This document shows, piece by piece, positions 48,552-58,164 of a DNA stretch of 64,000 nt (the first letter of the stretch is position 1; the number at the start of each line of letters is the position of its first letter). Under the pieces are notes generated by a model. That model was not told the DNA's origin. It made no database searches and was given only the letters and a program-made list of their open reading frames with translations. Origin of the DNA: Myxococcales bacterium (lineage in GTDB: Bacteria > Myxococcota_A > Polyangia > Palsa-1104 > JAEUJZ01); contig JAEUJZ010000023.1 in the NCBI GenBank assembly GCA_016794505.1, positions 130,550 through 194,549 on the forward strand, written 5' to 3'. A program made the position numbers and the translations under genes.

Positions 48552-49442
48552 TTAGGCGAGGGGGATCCGTTGGATATCGGCCAGGACCGCGAAGTGATCC
48601 GAAGGAAAGACGCCCTCGGCATCGGGCTGGTCCAAGACCACGCGGCAGCGCTGCACCAAGCCGCGCCCATCGCGACTGGCTTGGCCGACATAGATGTAGT
48701 CGATGCGGCGATCCATCTCTAAGAAGCGCAGCTTGTGGATCGCCGGGTTGCGACGAGCCCAGGTGGCGCCGGCTCCGGGCTGGCGGTGGCTGAGATCGCC
48801 GTCTGCGTCTTGGCACAGGAACGCATCTTGATAAAACGTGCGGCGCCCGCCGAGCGTGTGCAGGCCGCGCAGGAAGCGCATCTCGTCGGTGTCGGGGGCC
48901 GCATTGAAGTCGCCCATCAGCGCCGTGACAACCGGCTTGTAAAGCGCGATCAGATCGCGGGCGGCTTGATCGATCGCCAGCACCTGATCTTCGCGCTGGA
49001 TGCCATGCGTCATGCGATAGGTCAGGTGGGTTGATCCGATGAAAGCCGGGCCTGCCCCCGTGTCGATAAGGGCCCACAGAAAGATGCGCTCGTCGGCAAG
49101 CTCAGGCATGGGGTGGGGCAGGGGCACGTGGCCCGACGCGATGACGGGAAAGCGCGACAGGATGGCGAGGCCCTCGTCTCCACCGCCCCAGGCCACGGTC
49201 TTTTGAAAGACGCAGTGCATCGAAAGCGCGGCCGCCAAGGCGTGCGCGGTGTTGGGGACGCTGCCTTCGACCTGCCGAACCTCTTGCAGCGCGATGACAT
49301 CTGGCTCAAGTCCACGCAGCCCTTCCGCACACAGTTCAAGGCGGCGCTGAAGCGGTGGCTGCTCGCCCCACAGGTTGAGCGAGATGGCGCGCAATATCGG
49401 TCGCTCAGCGACGGCAAGTAAGGGGGGTTCGGGCATCGGCAT
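48552..49442 (-). CDS. Endonuclease/exonuclease/phosphatase (EEP) family protein
   Basis: ISLNLWG is near the N-terminus and the SDHFAV motif is at the C-terminus. Confidence 0.65.
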   Translation of the reverse strand: MPMPEPPLLAVAERPILRAISLNLWGEQPPLQRRLELCAEGLRGLEPDVIALQEVRQVEGSVPNTAHALAAALSMHCVFQKTVAWGGGDEGLAILSRFPVIASGHVPLPHPMPELADERIFLWALIDTGAGPAFIGSTHLTYRMTHGIQREDQVLAIDQAARDLIALYKPVVTALMGDFNAAPDTDEMRFLRGLHTLGGRRTFYQDAFLCQDADGDLSHRQPGAGATWARRNPAIHKLRFLEMDRRIDYIYVGQASRDGRGLVQRCRVVLDQPDAEGVFPSDHFAVLADIQRIPLA

Positions 49443-49569
49443 GGCACGACCACTCGACACCATAACTTGTTGAATTGCCAACATTTTTTGGCGGGGGTGT
49501 CAGGGCCCTATGTTAAGGTCCCGTCCGCTCGAACGGTGCAGCAGAAAGCTGCTCAGAGAGGGGAACGTC

Positions 49570-51921
49570 ATGAGAACCAAAGTTCGCAAGTCCGTATTCA
49601 CAAGCTGGCTCGGAAGCCGCCCGGCCACTCCGATTGCTGGCGCTGCGCTCTTGTTCTGCGGGCTGCACTCGGCCTGCGGTCCGCAAGAGGAGAGCGCACT
49701 TCTGCAGCTCGATCTGGATGCACCGTTCGTGATGGTGCCGCGCACGGTCTCGGCTGAGACCAAGGCCCTGCGGGCCCGTGCGCTGCGCACATCGGCGGTG
49801 GTCGATCAGGCGGGCCTGGACCCCGACTTCTATCTGGCGATCAACAAGAAGGAACTGGGCACGGCCACCAAGTGGTTTTTGTCCTCGTACCTGCGCCAGA
49901 ATCACCCGGCTGGCGTGTACAACTCGGCGGCGATCTCGCTGGGCACGCGCGTTGTGTCGTTCAAGCAGCAGAACGGCCGCCTGTACGTGTTCGACACGGA
50001 CAGCCGCAAGCAGACCAGCGACATCTTCAACCCCGAGCTTCTGGTCGACGCCTATCAGCAGGTCGCGTACCCGCCGTTTGATCGTCTGCCGGGCTCGTCG
50101 CAGTTCGTGCTGTTCGATCCATCGGCTGGTCTGAACCGCTTTAACGTCATCGGCGATGCCTACGCAGGGGGCACGGGCGCGGACCGCGTCAAGGTCGAGC
50201 TGGCTTTCAGCCAGAAGTACCGCGAGACGGCAAGCAAGGACGGCATCACGTACGAGATGGTCTTTGCCGGCTATGGCGAGAAGCCCGATCCGAACAACAG
50301 CGGCCTGGGCGAGGACAACCTGTTCCGCGTCGCTGGCACGCTGGGCATCGGCCTGCGTCGCTACAGCGAGACCATGGGCTTCAAAGAGGCTCCGGTTTCG
50401 CAGATCGACGGGCAAGATCTGTACTTCCGCGCGCAGAACCGCTTGATCAACAACGAGGCGGCATTCGCGCTGCGCTCGATCAAGTGGGGCGTGTCGGCGA
50501 TGAAGCCGATCGAGTTCGTGGTTAGCGACACGATCGACAAGATCCAGGCCGACCCGCGCTTCATGGGCTATGACCTGTTTGGCGCCATCTCGAAGGGCGT
50601 GACGAACTGGAACGCCGTGTTCGGCTTCGACGCTCTCAAGGTCCGCAAGGCGACCAAGGACGACGACTTCGGGCAGGACGACAAGAACTTCATCATCGTC
50701 GACACCGACCCGAACTTCGGCGCGGCCTTCGCCAACTGGCGCACCAACCCCAACTCGGGTGAGATCCGCGGTGCGAGCATCTATTTCAGCCCGATCTTCA
50801 TCGAGATCGGCGACATCATCTTCGACGACGATCCGCCGATGCCGCTGACCTTGGGCACCGTCGAGAAGCCGAAGACGCCGATGCTGACCTGGGATCCGAT
50901 GGGCAACACGCCGATGAAGGACAACTGCGTGCTGTGGGCGCCGATCTACAAGAACTCGCGACCAGGCGTGCGCGGCGAGGCGGAGCGCCTGATTCCGCGT
51001 CCGCGCGACGGAGCGGCCTTCCTGACGAAGAAGCAGAAGGTCGAGCAGTACGTCACGCACACGATCCTGCACGAAGTCGGCCACACCCTCGGCCTGCGTC
51101 ACAACTTCAAGGGCTCGCTGGCCTTCGACGACGCCAAGAAGATCTACACCTCCTCGGTCATGGAGTACGTGGATGACTTCGACGCGATCTACGCCGACAA
51201 GCCGCAGAGCTATGACATCGACGCCGTCAAGTATCTGTACGGTCTGTCGACGACGCGGCCCAGCGCCAAGTTCTGCAACGACAGCGCGGTCAACACCGAC
51301 GTCGACTGCACGCCGTTCGATCGCCTAGACGACCCCTATACCAAGGTCGCTCTCGACGATTACTTGTTCATCATGAAGGACTATATGGATGGCAAGAGCA
51401 CGGTGTCGCCGAACTCGACGCTGAACGCGATGCTGACCTATGTGCGCGCCTCGCGCTCGTCGGCGGCACGCGCCAAGGCGCTGAGCGACCTGTGGAACAC
51501 GATGGGCTATGCGCTGCGCAGCGGTCAGCTCGATGCGATGAAGCTGGCGATGCTGCCGGGCTATGGCTCGCGCGCGGATGTGATCATGCAGCGCGTCTTC
51601 CAGCGCCTGCTGATCGACCAGCCGGCAGCCGGCACCCGCTTCAGCACCGTCGCTCTTGATAGCGCGACGATCAGCGCTCTCACGGCCGAGGCCTACAAGC
51701 AGGTGAAGAACGAAGACAAGGTTCGCAGCGTCGACACGCGCCGCATGCTGGCGGGTTACATGAAGAAGCTGCAGACCATTGACGCGTACAAGGCGCTGGC
51801 CGCTGGCGCGTCGCAGCTTGATGCGGAAATCCGCGCGGGCATCGCCGATCCAATCGAGGCGATCAAGGCGGAAGACACGCTGAAGTACATGGACAAGCTG
51901 CTGAACCCGTACTTCAACTAG
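49570..51921 (+). CDS. Secreted metzincin-type zinc metalloprotease (HEVGHTLGLRH plus Met-turn SVMEY)
   Basis: The RBS GAGAGGGG is followed by an ATG at 49570. A signal peptide is present, with the extended zinc motif HExxHxxGxxH and a downstream Met-turn. Confidence 0.7.
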   Translation: MRTKVRKSVFTSWLGSRPATPIAGAALLFCGLHSACGPQEESALLQLDLDAPFVMVPRTVSAETKALRARALRTSAVVDQAGLDPDFYLAINKKELGTATKWFLSSYLRQNHPAGVYNSAAISLGTRVVSFKQQNGRLYVFDTDSRKQTSDIFNPELLVDAYQQVAYPPFDRLPGSSQFVLFDPSAGLNRFNVIGDAYAGGTGADRVKVELAFSQKYRETASKDGITYEMVFAGYGEKPDPNNSGLGEDNLFRVAGTLGIGLRRYSETMGFKEAPVSQIDGQDLYFRAQNRLINNEAAFALRSIKWGVSAMKPIEFVVSDTIDKIQADPRFMGYDLFGAISKGVTNWNAVFGFDALKVRKATKDDDFGQDDKNFIIVDTDPNFGAAFANWRTNPNSGEIRGASIYFSPIFIEIGDIIFDDDPPMPLTLGTVEKPKTPMLTWDPMGNTPMKDNCVLWAPIYKNSRPGVRGEAERLIPRPRDGAAFLTKKQKVEQYVTHTILHEVGHTLGLRHNFKGSLAFDDAKKIYTSSVMEYVDDFDAIYADKPQSYDIDAVKYLYGLSTTRPSAKFCNDSAVNTDVDCTPFDRLDDPYTKVALDDYLFIMKDYMDGKSTVSPNSTLNAMLTYVRASRSSAARAKALSDLWNTMGYALRSGQLDAMKLAMLPGYGSRADVIMQRVFQRLLIDQPAAGTRFSTVALDSATISALTAEAYKQVKNEDKVRSVDTRRMLAGYMKKLQTIDAYKALAAGASQLDAEIRAGIADPIEAIKAEDTLKYMDKLLNPYFN

Positions 51922-51933
51922 TCTCGACGGAAG

Positions 51934-51990
51934 GAGAGCTCAACTGAGCTCTTCTTTCGCGTCGGATGCTTCCTTGTCCGACGCAGAAGC
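51934..51990 (+). terminator. Two consecutive hairpins after the metalloprotease gene (AGAGCTC-AACT-GAGCTCT then CGTCGGA-N10-TCCGACG)
   Basis: Read directly. The first hairpin is followed by TCTTTCG. Confidence 0.45.
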
Positions 51991-52095
51991 CCCCCAGGAC
52001 CTGCGGCATGCCGCGCGGCTCTGGGGGGTTTTTCTTTGCCCGCGCAGCGAAGCCACCTGCCGACGTGCGGCTGCGACGGTGGGCCGCCGCGGGCT

Positions 52096-53235
52096 CTATT
52101 CCCAAAGCAGCAGCGAGTCTCGGGGCGACGCCTTGCGCAGGCCGCGCAGGTACTCGCGCGCGTGCTTGACGCGATAGACAAACGCATCCAGCTCGTCTTC
52201 CGTCAGGACCGGATGCAGCTCTTTCAAAAGTGGATCTAGATCCAGCTCGAACAGCTTGCTCGCGATCTCGCGCGGGAAGCGCTCGACCTGTTTTAGCGTG
52301 CGCAGCGCGGCACGTGAGCGACGGTGATGACGCTCGGGACCGAAGCCCGCACCCTGGTCGATAAACACCATCTGACCGTCCGATTCGTGCGTATTGCCGC
52401 CCGACCAGCGATCGTGGTTGAGGATCAGATAGTCAAAGAGGAACAGCGTGCTGATCTCCAACACGCGTCGACGCTTGCTAGCTGGCAGCGGCTGGCCGTG
52501 TTGCAGCATCGGCCGCCACCAGTCGAACTCTTCCAAGCGCAGGCCGTGCAGATGCGGCACCCACGCGATGACCGCAGTGGCAACCATGCCGTCGGGCCCC
52601 ACGTTGAGCTCGGTCTGCATACGCTCGACCAAGGACTTGGGCATGTTGGTCGTCAGCTGATCGAACGGAATACGGCGCACGCACGAGGGGGGCACCATGT
52701 CCAAGCCCAGCGCACGCGACACACGATAGGCTGCGACTTCGGACTGATAGCGCGTGATGCGAACCTGGTCCGGCTTCACGGCGGCCTGCGCTCCACCCTC
52801 GAAGATGGCGCGCAGCGAGATCGATGAGCCGCCTCCAAGCGGCTTCAGCGTCTTAATCGGCAAGTTGCAGATGCGAGACAGGATCTCGTCGTCGGGCTGC
52901 CCCAGGAAATGGGGAATGTGACGCAGCGCGGCTGGCGGCGGCTCCTCACCCGCGGGAGGCGGCTCAAACGGCGGGATCTCACTCGGCGGGGGCAGCCAGA
53001 TCTCGCGTCGATTGCGGACGGCGCTGACTAAAGAGGCTTCGCTTCGTGTGCCAAGCTGTAGCCCAGCGATGCGCTCGCTCCACTGCGGCGGGCTCGTCGG
53101 TGCCGCGGGGCCTCCTGCGCCTGGGCGCTCGCTCGTCCCAAGATATGCCGTTCGTGTCCCCGGCGACGAAGTCGAGCGGCCGACCAAGCTCAGCGTGGAC
53201 AAGAGAACGACCGAGAGCAGACGAAGATGTCGCAT
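52096..53235 (-). CDS. Secreted protein with kinase-like catalytic motif (DYLILNHDRWSGGN; FAM20/PI3-4K/HipA-type DxxxxNxDR phosphotransferase signature)
   Basis: A signal peptide is at MRHLRLLSVVLL. The HRD-like/asparagine motif and a downstream IDQG metal-binding-like motif are present. Confidence 0.4.
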   Translation of the reverse strand: MRHLRLLSVVLLSTLSLVGRSTSSPGTRTAYLGTSERPGAGGPAAPTSPPQWSERIAGLQLGTRSEASLVSAVRNRREIWLPPPSEIPPFEPPPAGEEPPPAALRHIPHFLGQPDDEILSRICNLPIKTLKPLGGGSSISLRAIFEGGAQAAVKPDQVRITRYQSEVAAYRVSRALGLDMVPPSCVRRIPFDQLTTNMPKSLVERMQTELNVGPDGMVATAVIAWVPHLHGLRLEEFDWWRPMLQHGQPLPASKRRRVLEISTLFLFDYLILNHDRWSGGNTHESDGQMVFIDQGAGFGPERHHRRSRAALRTLKQVERFPREIASKLFELDLDPLLKELHPVLTEDELDAFVYRVKHAREYLRGLRKASPRDSLLLWE

Positions 53236-53399
53236 GGCGCCGCGCAGCCTCCCGATCAGCGATTGCGGTCGCGGCGGGAAGGCGCAGCACATCGAGCCGC
53301 CGCGGCTGGCTGGTGCTGTATGCGGTATGTATCTGTTTTACACATAGCGTAGGGGGAACACCCCGAAGTCAAGGCAAGGCACTATGGAACGAGATTGTA

Positions 53400-53640
53400 G
53401 CTCGATTTGCACAATTAACACAGGGATAAAAACGGCTGCGCGACGATACATGGCGCCAAATCACTCGATAATGACAACCTCCGACATACAGCACCGAGTG
53501 CCCACAGATCGCTACATTCAATAGCTATAAATTCATCGAAATAAACATATAGATTATGAATGGTTACGTAACGATGACCCACGCCACCTAGGGGGCTAAG
53601 CGGTAGGTGACAGCCGGCATGAATCGGAGTATGAGGGAGC
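53400..53640. other. AT-rich intergenic island (about 240 bp) between divergent secreted-protein genes
   Basis: Read directly. It contains TTACGTAA and an ATTCAT-N21-ATGAAT inverted repeat. Confidence 0.75.
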
Positions 53641-53641
53641 C

Positions 53642-55366
53642 ATGCGCACACCTACCCGATTACTGGCTTCGGTTCGTTCCGGTCTGTTCTGCGGTGATTG
53701 GCTCTGCTCGCTGCCTGTCTTGGCGCTGCTGTGCGGGGTCTGTGCGCTCGGGCAGGTGTCCTGCAATCCCAACAGCCGCTTGCTCGACTGGGATGACTCT
53801 TTCGAGGACGGCGTCGACATGGCCACGCCGCCCCCCTCGTGCGAAAAGGGGCGTCTGCGCTGCAGTGCCAACCGCGACGCGACCGAGCAGTGCGACGGCA
53901 AGTCCTGGCAGCGCAAGTCCGACTGCGACACCAAGGCCGGTGACACGTGCGTCGAAGGAGTCTGCCGCACGCAGTGCGATCTGGTCTCGCGCGGGAACGT
54001 CGGCTGCAGCTTTTATCCCGTCAACCTGTGGTCGACCTCCACCGTCGGAGATCTGGGCATCGTGGTCACCAACACCAGCGATACCTTCTCTGCGGACGTG
54101 ACTTTGGAAGGTCCAGTACGGCCGATGCCAGGCAAGCAGCAGACGGTGCCGCCCGGCGCAGCGGTCATCTTTCGCATCCCGCACAACGACGCCAAGCTGA
54201 CCAAGACCGAGCAGTCGCTAAAGGGTATGCACCTTACGTCGACGGCGCCCGTGGCGGTGTACCAGTTCCATCCGATCGATGCCGCGACGGTGTTTTCAGG
54301 CTCAGCGACGCTGCTTCTGCCCGAGCACGTCATGGCCAAGGACTACTTCGTCATGTCGTACACCTACAACGCCGAGCTGATCACCATGCCCGAGCAGGGT
54401 CAGGGGCTGCTCGCGGTCGTGGCGATGCGCGACAACACGCAGGTCGAGGTCAAAGTTCCCGTCGAGACGATGCCCGGACCCGGCGTTCCCGGCTTGAAGC
54501 CAGGCCAGAGCATGATGCGCACGCTGAATCGCTTGGAAGTCCTGGAAGTGGCGCAGCTTAAGTCGCGCGAAGACATCTCGGGTGCGACGGTGAAAGCAAG
54601 CGCGCCCGTGGTGGTCTATGGCGGCGCAGGCGGTGTCTCGATTCCGTCGAGCGCCGTCGGAGGCAACCACCTGGGTGTGCAGATGTTCCCGCTTGAGACC
54701 TGGGGCAAGCGCTACATGGCGGCCAAGGTAAAGCAGCGCAACGCGACGGATCGCGACTATTACCGCATCGTCGCCAGCGTCAACAACACGACGATTACGC
54801 TCAAGGGCGGCGCTGGTTTGCCCATGACGGTGCCGACGCTGAGCAGCGGCCAGACCTTTGAGTTCTCGACGGCAGCGGACTTCGTAATCGAAGCCAGTCA
54901 GCCAATCCTGGCGTTCCAGTACATGCCAGCGTGGGGCAACTTGTCGGGCACCTATGACACGACGCAGTTCCCCGACGGACTGCCGGCCGAGTGCCCACCG
55001 GGGACGCGATCCGGGCCCGATAACGTGAAGTGCTTGGGCGACGCCAACATCACGCCGCTGATCCCGATCGAGCAGTTCCGCAGCGACTACATCTTCTATG
55101 TGCCGCGAACGTACAAATACAACTACGTCAATGTCTATGCGCCGACCGATGCCAAGCTGCTTCTTGACGGCAGCCCGATCAGCGAGCCGCTAAAGCCGAT
55201 CGATGACACGATGGGGCGCGCCATCCTGCGCATCCGCGAAGACGGGCAGAACCATCGCCTGACCGGCGACAAGCCCTTTGGCATCATTGGCTATGGCTAT
55301 GCGTACGCGACGTCGTACTCGTATGCCGGCGGGCTGAACCTCGCGAAGATCAACCCGATTGAATAG
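53642..55366 (+). CDS. Secreted Cys-rich protein with IgGFc-binding-protein-N-terminal-like beta-rich domain
   Basis: A signal/lipobox-like N-terminus is followed by an EGF-like Cys cluster and a C-terminal GYGYAYATSYSYAGG motif. Confidence 0.4.
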   Translation: MRTPTRLLASVRSGLFCGDWLCSLPVLALLCGVCALGQVSCNPNSRLLDWDDSFEDGVDMATPPPSCEKGRLRCSANRDATEQCDGKSWQRKSDCDTKAGDTCVEGVCRTQCDLVSRGNVGCSFYPVNLWSTSTVGDLGIVVTNTSDTFSADVTLEGPVRPMPGKQQTVPPGAAVIFRIPHNDAKLTKTEQSLKGMHLTSTAPVAVYQFHPIDAATVFSGSATLLLPEHVMAKDYFVMSYTYNAELITMPEQGQGLLAVVAMRDNTQVEVKVPVETMPGPGVPGLKPGQSMMRTLNRLEVLEVAQLKSREDISGATVKASAPVVVYGGAGGVSIPSSAVGGNHLGVQMFPLETWGKRYMAAKVKQRNATDRDYYRIVASVNNTTITLKGGAGLPMTVPTLSSGQTFEFSTAADFVIEASQPILAFQYMPAWGNLSGTYDTTQFPDGLPAECPPGTRSGPDNVKCLGDANITPLIPIEQFRSDYIFYVPRTYKYNYVNVYAPTDAKLLLDGSPISEPLKPIDDTMGRAILRIREDGQNHRLTGDKPFGIIGYGYAYATSYSYAGGLNLAKINPIE

Positions 55367-56513
55367 CGGCGCTCACTGCGATCTCAGCGGCGGCAAAGCG
55401 ATCGAGCCCCAAGCGCGTCAACATGCGCGACCAGGAAACACGTGACAGATCCGGCAGCGGAGGAGGCTCTGGTTCGTCGCGAGCTGGGCAGGGAAGCTCG
55501 GCGGCAAAGGCGGCAACCACGGCGCCAGGCAAGAGCTCGGCAGGGCAGGCCACCGAGCACGCGCCACAGCGTGTGCAGCCCGCGGTCGCAGCGAGAAGCT
55601 GCGGCGTCAAGTGCTGCGAGACGCCTTGGCCAAGCGCCCGCATCAGCAGGTGAGGCCGGGTCCCCGCGTCGGCGGTGGGACACAGATCGCTGCAGAGCGT
55701 GCAGCCCAGGCAGGCATTCGCGGCGCGCTGACGCAGGCCCGGCGATGCGCGATGACGACGAATCAGCTCGTGGCTGGCCGGCAAGATGTACAACACCGAC
55801 GGGGTCATACCGACGGATGCGGCGGGAATTGGGCGGTCTGCTTCCCAGATGCATCCATGGATCGGATCGGCCAGAAGCGGCACCCAGGCTGCTGTCGTTG
55901 CGCCACCACTGCGGTCGACGAGCTGACGCGGCGTGATCAGCTCGTCGGGCAGCGGTAGGACGGCCGGACGTTGCACGGCTCCGACGATGGAGATCAGCGC
56001 GGCTGTTCGTGGGGCGGGGTCAGGCTCAGCCAAGACATCCGCCACAGCGACAAGCTGCTCGGCCGAAAGCGCAAAGGCGCGGCCAGCATCGCCCAAAAGA
56101 ACGCGGGTGGGCTGCGAGGGAAACGAGCTGGGAGCATGCAGCTCAGCAATCGCGGACGAAGAAGGCGTCGCAGGCGTCTCGGGCACGCGGGGCTGGGCAG
56201 GCAGCCAAAACGCCAAGCGCGGCGCGGCCAGCGCGAGCCCCACCGCCACCAAGCCCTGTTGGAGCCGCTCGCGCTTCTGCATCCACAGTGCGCGACGAGT
56301 TGCTGCGAGCGGAGCATCGACGCAGTCGGCCAAGAGCAGCTGCAACAGGCCGGGCCGAGCATCGATCCATGTGGGCCAGCGCAGCCCGCTCTGCCACAGC
56401 AGGTCGCGCAGCGGGCGGGCTAGCGCAGCGCGCTCTGGACCAAGCTGCTGCGCGGCGTACGCCGACAGCAGAGGTGCAGCCGATATCGATGATTCCGGCG
56501 CGACAGGCTTCAT
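55350..56513 (-). CDS. Protein with C-terminal 2x[4Fe-4S] ferredoxin-type motifs (RnfC C-terminal-like)
   Basis: Motifs CLGCTLCSDLCP and CTRCGACSVACP are present. It overlaps the GNAT gene by 4 bp (ATGA). Confidence 0.45.
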   Translation of the reverse strand: MKPVAPESSISAAPLLSAYAAQQLGPERAALARPLRDLLWQSGLRWPTWIDARPGLLQLLLADCVDAPLAATRRALWMQKRERLQQGLVAVGLALAAPRLAFWLPAQPRVPETPATPSSSAIAELHAPSSFPSQPTRVLLGDAGRAFALSAEQLVAVADVLAEPDPAPRTAALISIVGAVQRPAVLPLPDELITPRQLVDRSGGATTAAWVPLLADPIHGCIWEADRPIPAASVGMTPSVLYILPASHELIRRHRASPGLRQRAANACLGCTLCSDLCPTADAGTRPHLLMRALGQGVSQHLTPQLLAATAGCTRCGACSVACPAELLPGAVVAAFAAELPCPARDEPEPPPLPDLSRVSWSRMLTRLGLDRFAAAEIAVSAAIQSG

Positions 56514-57040
56514 GCCGCGTCGAGATGCAAGCGCTTGTAGTACGTGTACAGGTCATCCCCCGGCTTGTAGAAATCGGGGATGCGCGCGATGTTTTGATAG
56601 CCACAGCGATCGTAAAAGCTGCGCGCTGCGCTATAGCCGCCCGTGCCGCTGGTCTCGACGCGCACGTGTTCGATTCCTTCCTTTGCAAGCGCTGCTTCCA
56701 TGGTCGCGATCAACTGTCGCGCGATGCCAAAGCGGCGATGCTGCGGATGGGTGGCCAGCCAGTACAGATCGCTGGCGGCTCGCGTAAACGGCGTGCGCGC
56801 ATAACAGGCATACCCAGCCACCTGATCACTGCCCACCTGCTGCGCCAAGACGATCTGGTAGTTGTCGAGGGCGGGTCGCTGCAACGCTTGGTCAATGATC
56901 TCCTGCGCGGTGGCGATCTCTTCGGCTGAAAAGACGCCGGCTGCCTCGACGAGCTGGCACAGCGCGTCGCGATCAGCCTTCTTCGCCGGACGAATAAGGT
57001 AACCGGCTGCCTGATTCTCGCTGGGCGTTTCGGCGGGCAT
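56510..57040 (-). CDS. GNAT-family N-acetyltransferase
   Basis: The acetyl-CoA-binding motif is HRRFGIARQLI...G..GY. Length is about 175 aa. Confidence 0.7.
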   Translation of the reverse strand: MPAETPSENQAAGYLIRPAKKADRDALCQLVEAAGVFSAEEIATAQEIIDQALQRPALDNYQIVLAQQVGSDQVAGYACYARTPFTRAASDLYWLATHPQHRRFGIARQLIATMEAALAKEGIEHVRVETSGTGGYSAARSFYDRCGYQNIARIPDFYKPGDDLYTYYKRLHLDAA

Positions 57041-58124
57041 GTTCGGTCCTTTGCAGCGCAGAGAGCGCGATCTGTTCGATCAGCTGGTCATACGGAAGAC
57101 CGGCCAGAGCTGCAGCGCGAGCGTAGCCCGCGTCCTCGGACAGATCGCAGTTGTCATTCACATCGATGATGTGGGGCGTGCCGTTTTCAGAAAGGCGGAC
57201 ATCGCATCGCGCGTAGTCACGCACCTCAAGCAGGTTGAACGCCCGCCGCACCATGTCTTCGACGCGCGCCTTGACCGTCGGATGCAGCGGGCCCACCGCC
57301 ACAGAAGAGACCGCGGCATAGTCCAGCGACTGCGGCTGCCACTTGGCGTCTTCGGTGACGATGTGCGGGACCCCCGGTGGCAGCTTCGAGAAGTCGAGCT
57401 CTTGCAGCGGCAGCAACAGCCGGGGTGAGTTGCCCAGCATCGAGACATAGAGCTCTCGACCCGCAATGAAGCGCTCCGCCAACACGGGCGAGCGATAGGT
57501 CTGCCGCAAGACGTCGAGCTGCCGCAGCAGCTCTTCATCGGTCTGCACCACCGAGCGATGGCTGATCCCAATCGAGCCATTCGACTCGGCGAGCTTGAGA
57601 AACAGCGGATAGCCGATGGCTTGCACGGCTTGCAGGTCTTCGCTGCGTGGGCGCGGAAGCGCGGGCAGGAGCACCGAAAGCGGCGTAGAAATCCCGGCAC
57701 TGCGCAGAAGCGGCGTCATCATGTGCTTACGCAGAGTAAGGCTGTAAACAAACGCCGCCGAGCCGGTGTACGGGATGCCTTGCAGATCCAGAAGCGCTGG
57801 GATCGTGGCGGCATGCCGATCATCCGAGAGCAGCGACTCGACCAAGTTAAAGACGAGATCGGGAGGATCCTTGCGCAGGCGCAGCAGAAGATCGGGCAGA
57901 TCGTCGCGATCGATGCCTTGCACTTCCGCGAAGTGACCGCGCGCCGCAAGGGCACGCGCCACGCTGCGAGCCGCGTTGGCGACATCCGCACGAGCATTGG
58001 CGTCGGCAGAAAGCGAAGACGCGCCGTCCTCGCTGGGCACAAGCTCGAAGTCATGGTTGTGCAGCACGAGCACGCGCAGCTCACGCGCTGGGACGTCACC
58101 GGGGGCGATGCGATCTGAATCCAT
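56973..58124 (-). CDS. D-alanine--D-alanine ligase-family ATP-grasp enzyme (Ddl paralogue)
   Basis: The Ddl-like N-domain has YTGS. The ATP-grasp segment is GYPLFLKLAESNGSIGIS. The C-terminal motif is IIDVNDNCDL. Confidence 0.6.
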   Translation of the reverse strand: MDSDRIAPGDVPARELRVLVLHNHDFELVPSEDGASSLSADANARADVANAARSVARALAARGHFAEVQGIDRDDLPDLLLRLRKDPPDLVFNLVESLLSDDRHAATIPALLDLQGIPYTGSAAFVYSLTLRKHMMTPLLRSAGISTPLSVLLPALPRPRSEDLQAVQAIGYPLFLKLAESNGSIGISHRSVVQTDEELLRQLDVLRQTYRSPVLAERFIAGRELYVSMLGNSPRLLLPLQELDFSKLPPGVPHIVTEDAKWQPQSLDYAAVSSVAVGPLHPTVKARVEDMVRRAFNLLEVRDYARCDVRLSENGTPHIIDVNDNCDLSEDAGYARAAALAGLPYDQLIEQIALSALQRTEHARRNAQRESGSRLPYSSGEEG

Positions 58125-58164
58125 CGGGGCAGACTCTCCGCGACAAGGCACGGAAACGAGGGGG

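Noticed and set aside
49513-51102. 529-aa antisense ORF opposite the metalloprotease gene. There are many other long antisense or overlapping ORFs, for example 12938-14080(-), 1590-2555(-), 1685-2620(+) and 33633-34448(+).
   Set aside because: These are typical stop-codon-poor artefacts of about 70% GC DNA. They are Arg/Ala/Gly-rich and lack recognisable motifs. The opposite-strand ORFs carry clear domain signatures and a GC3 bias.
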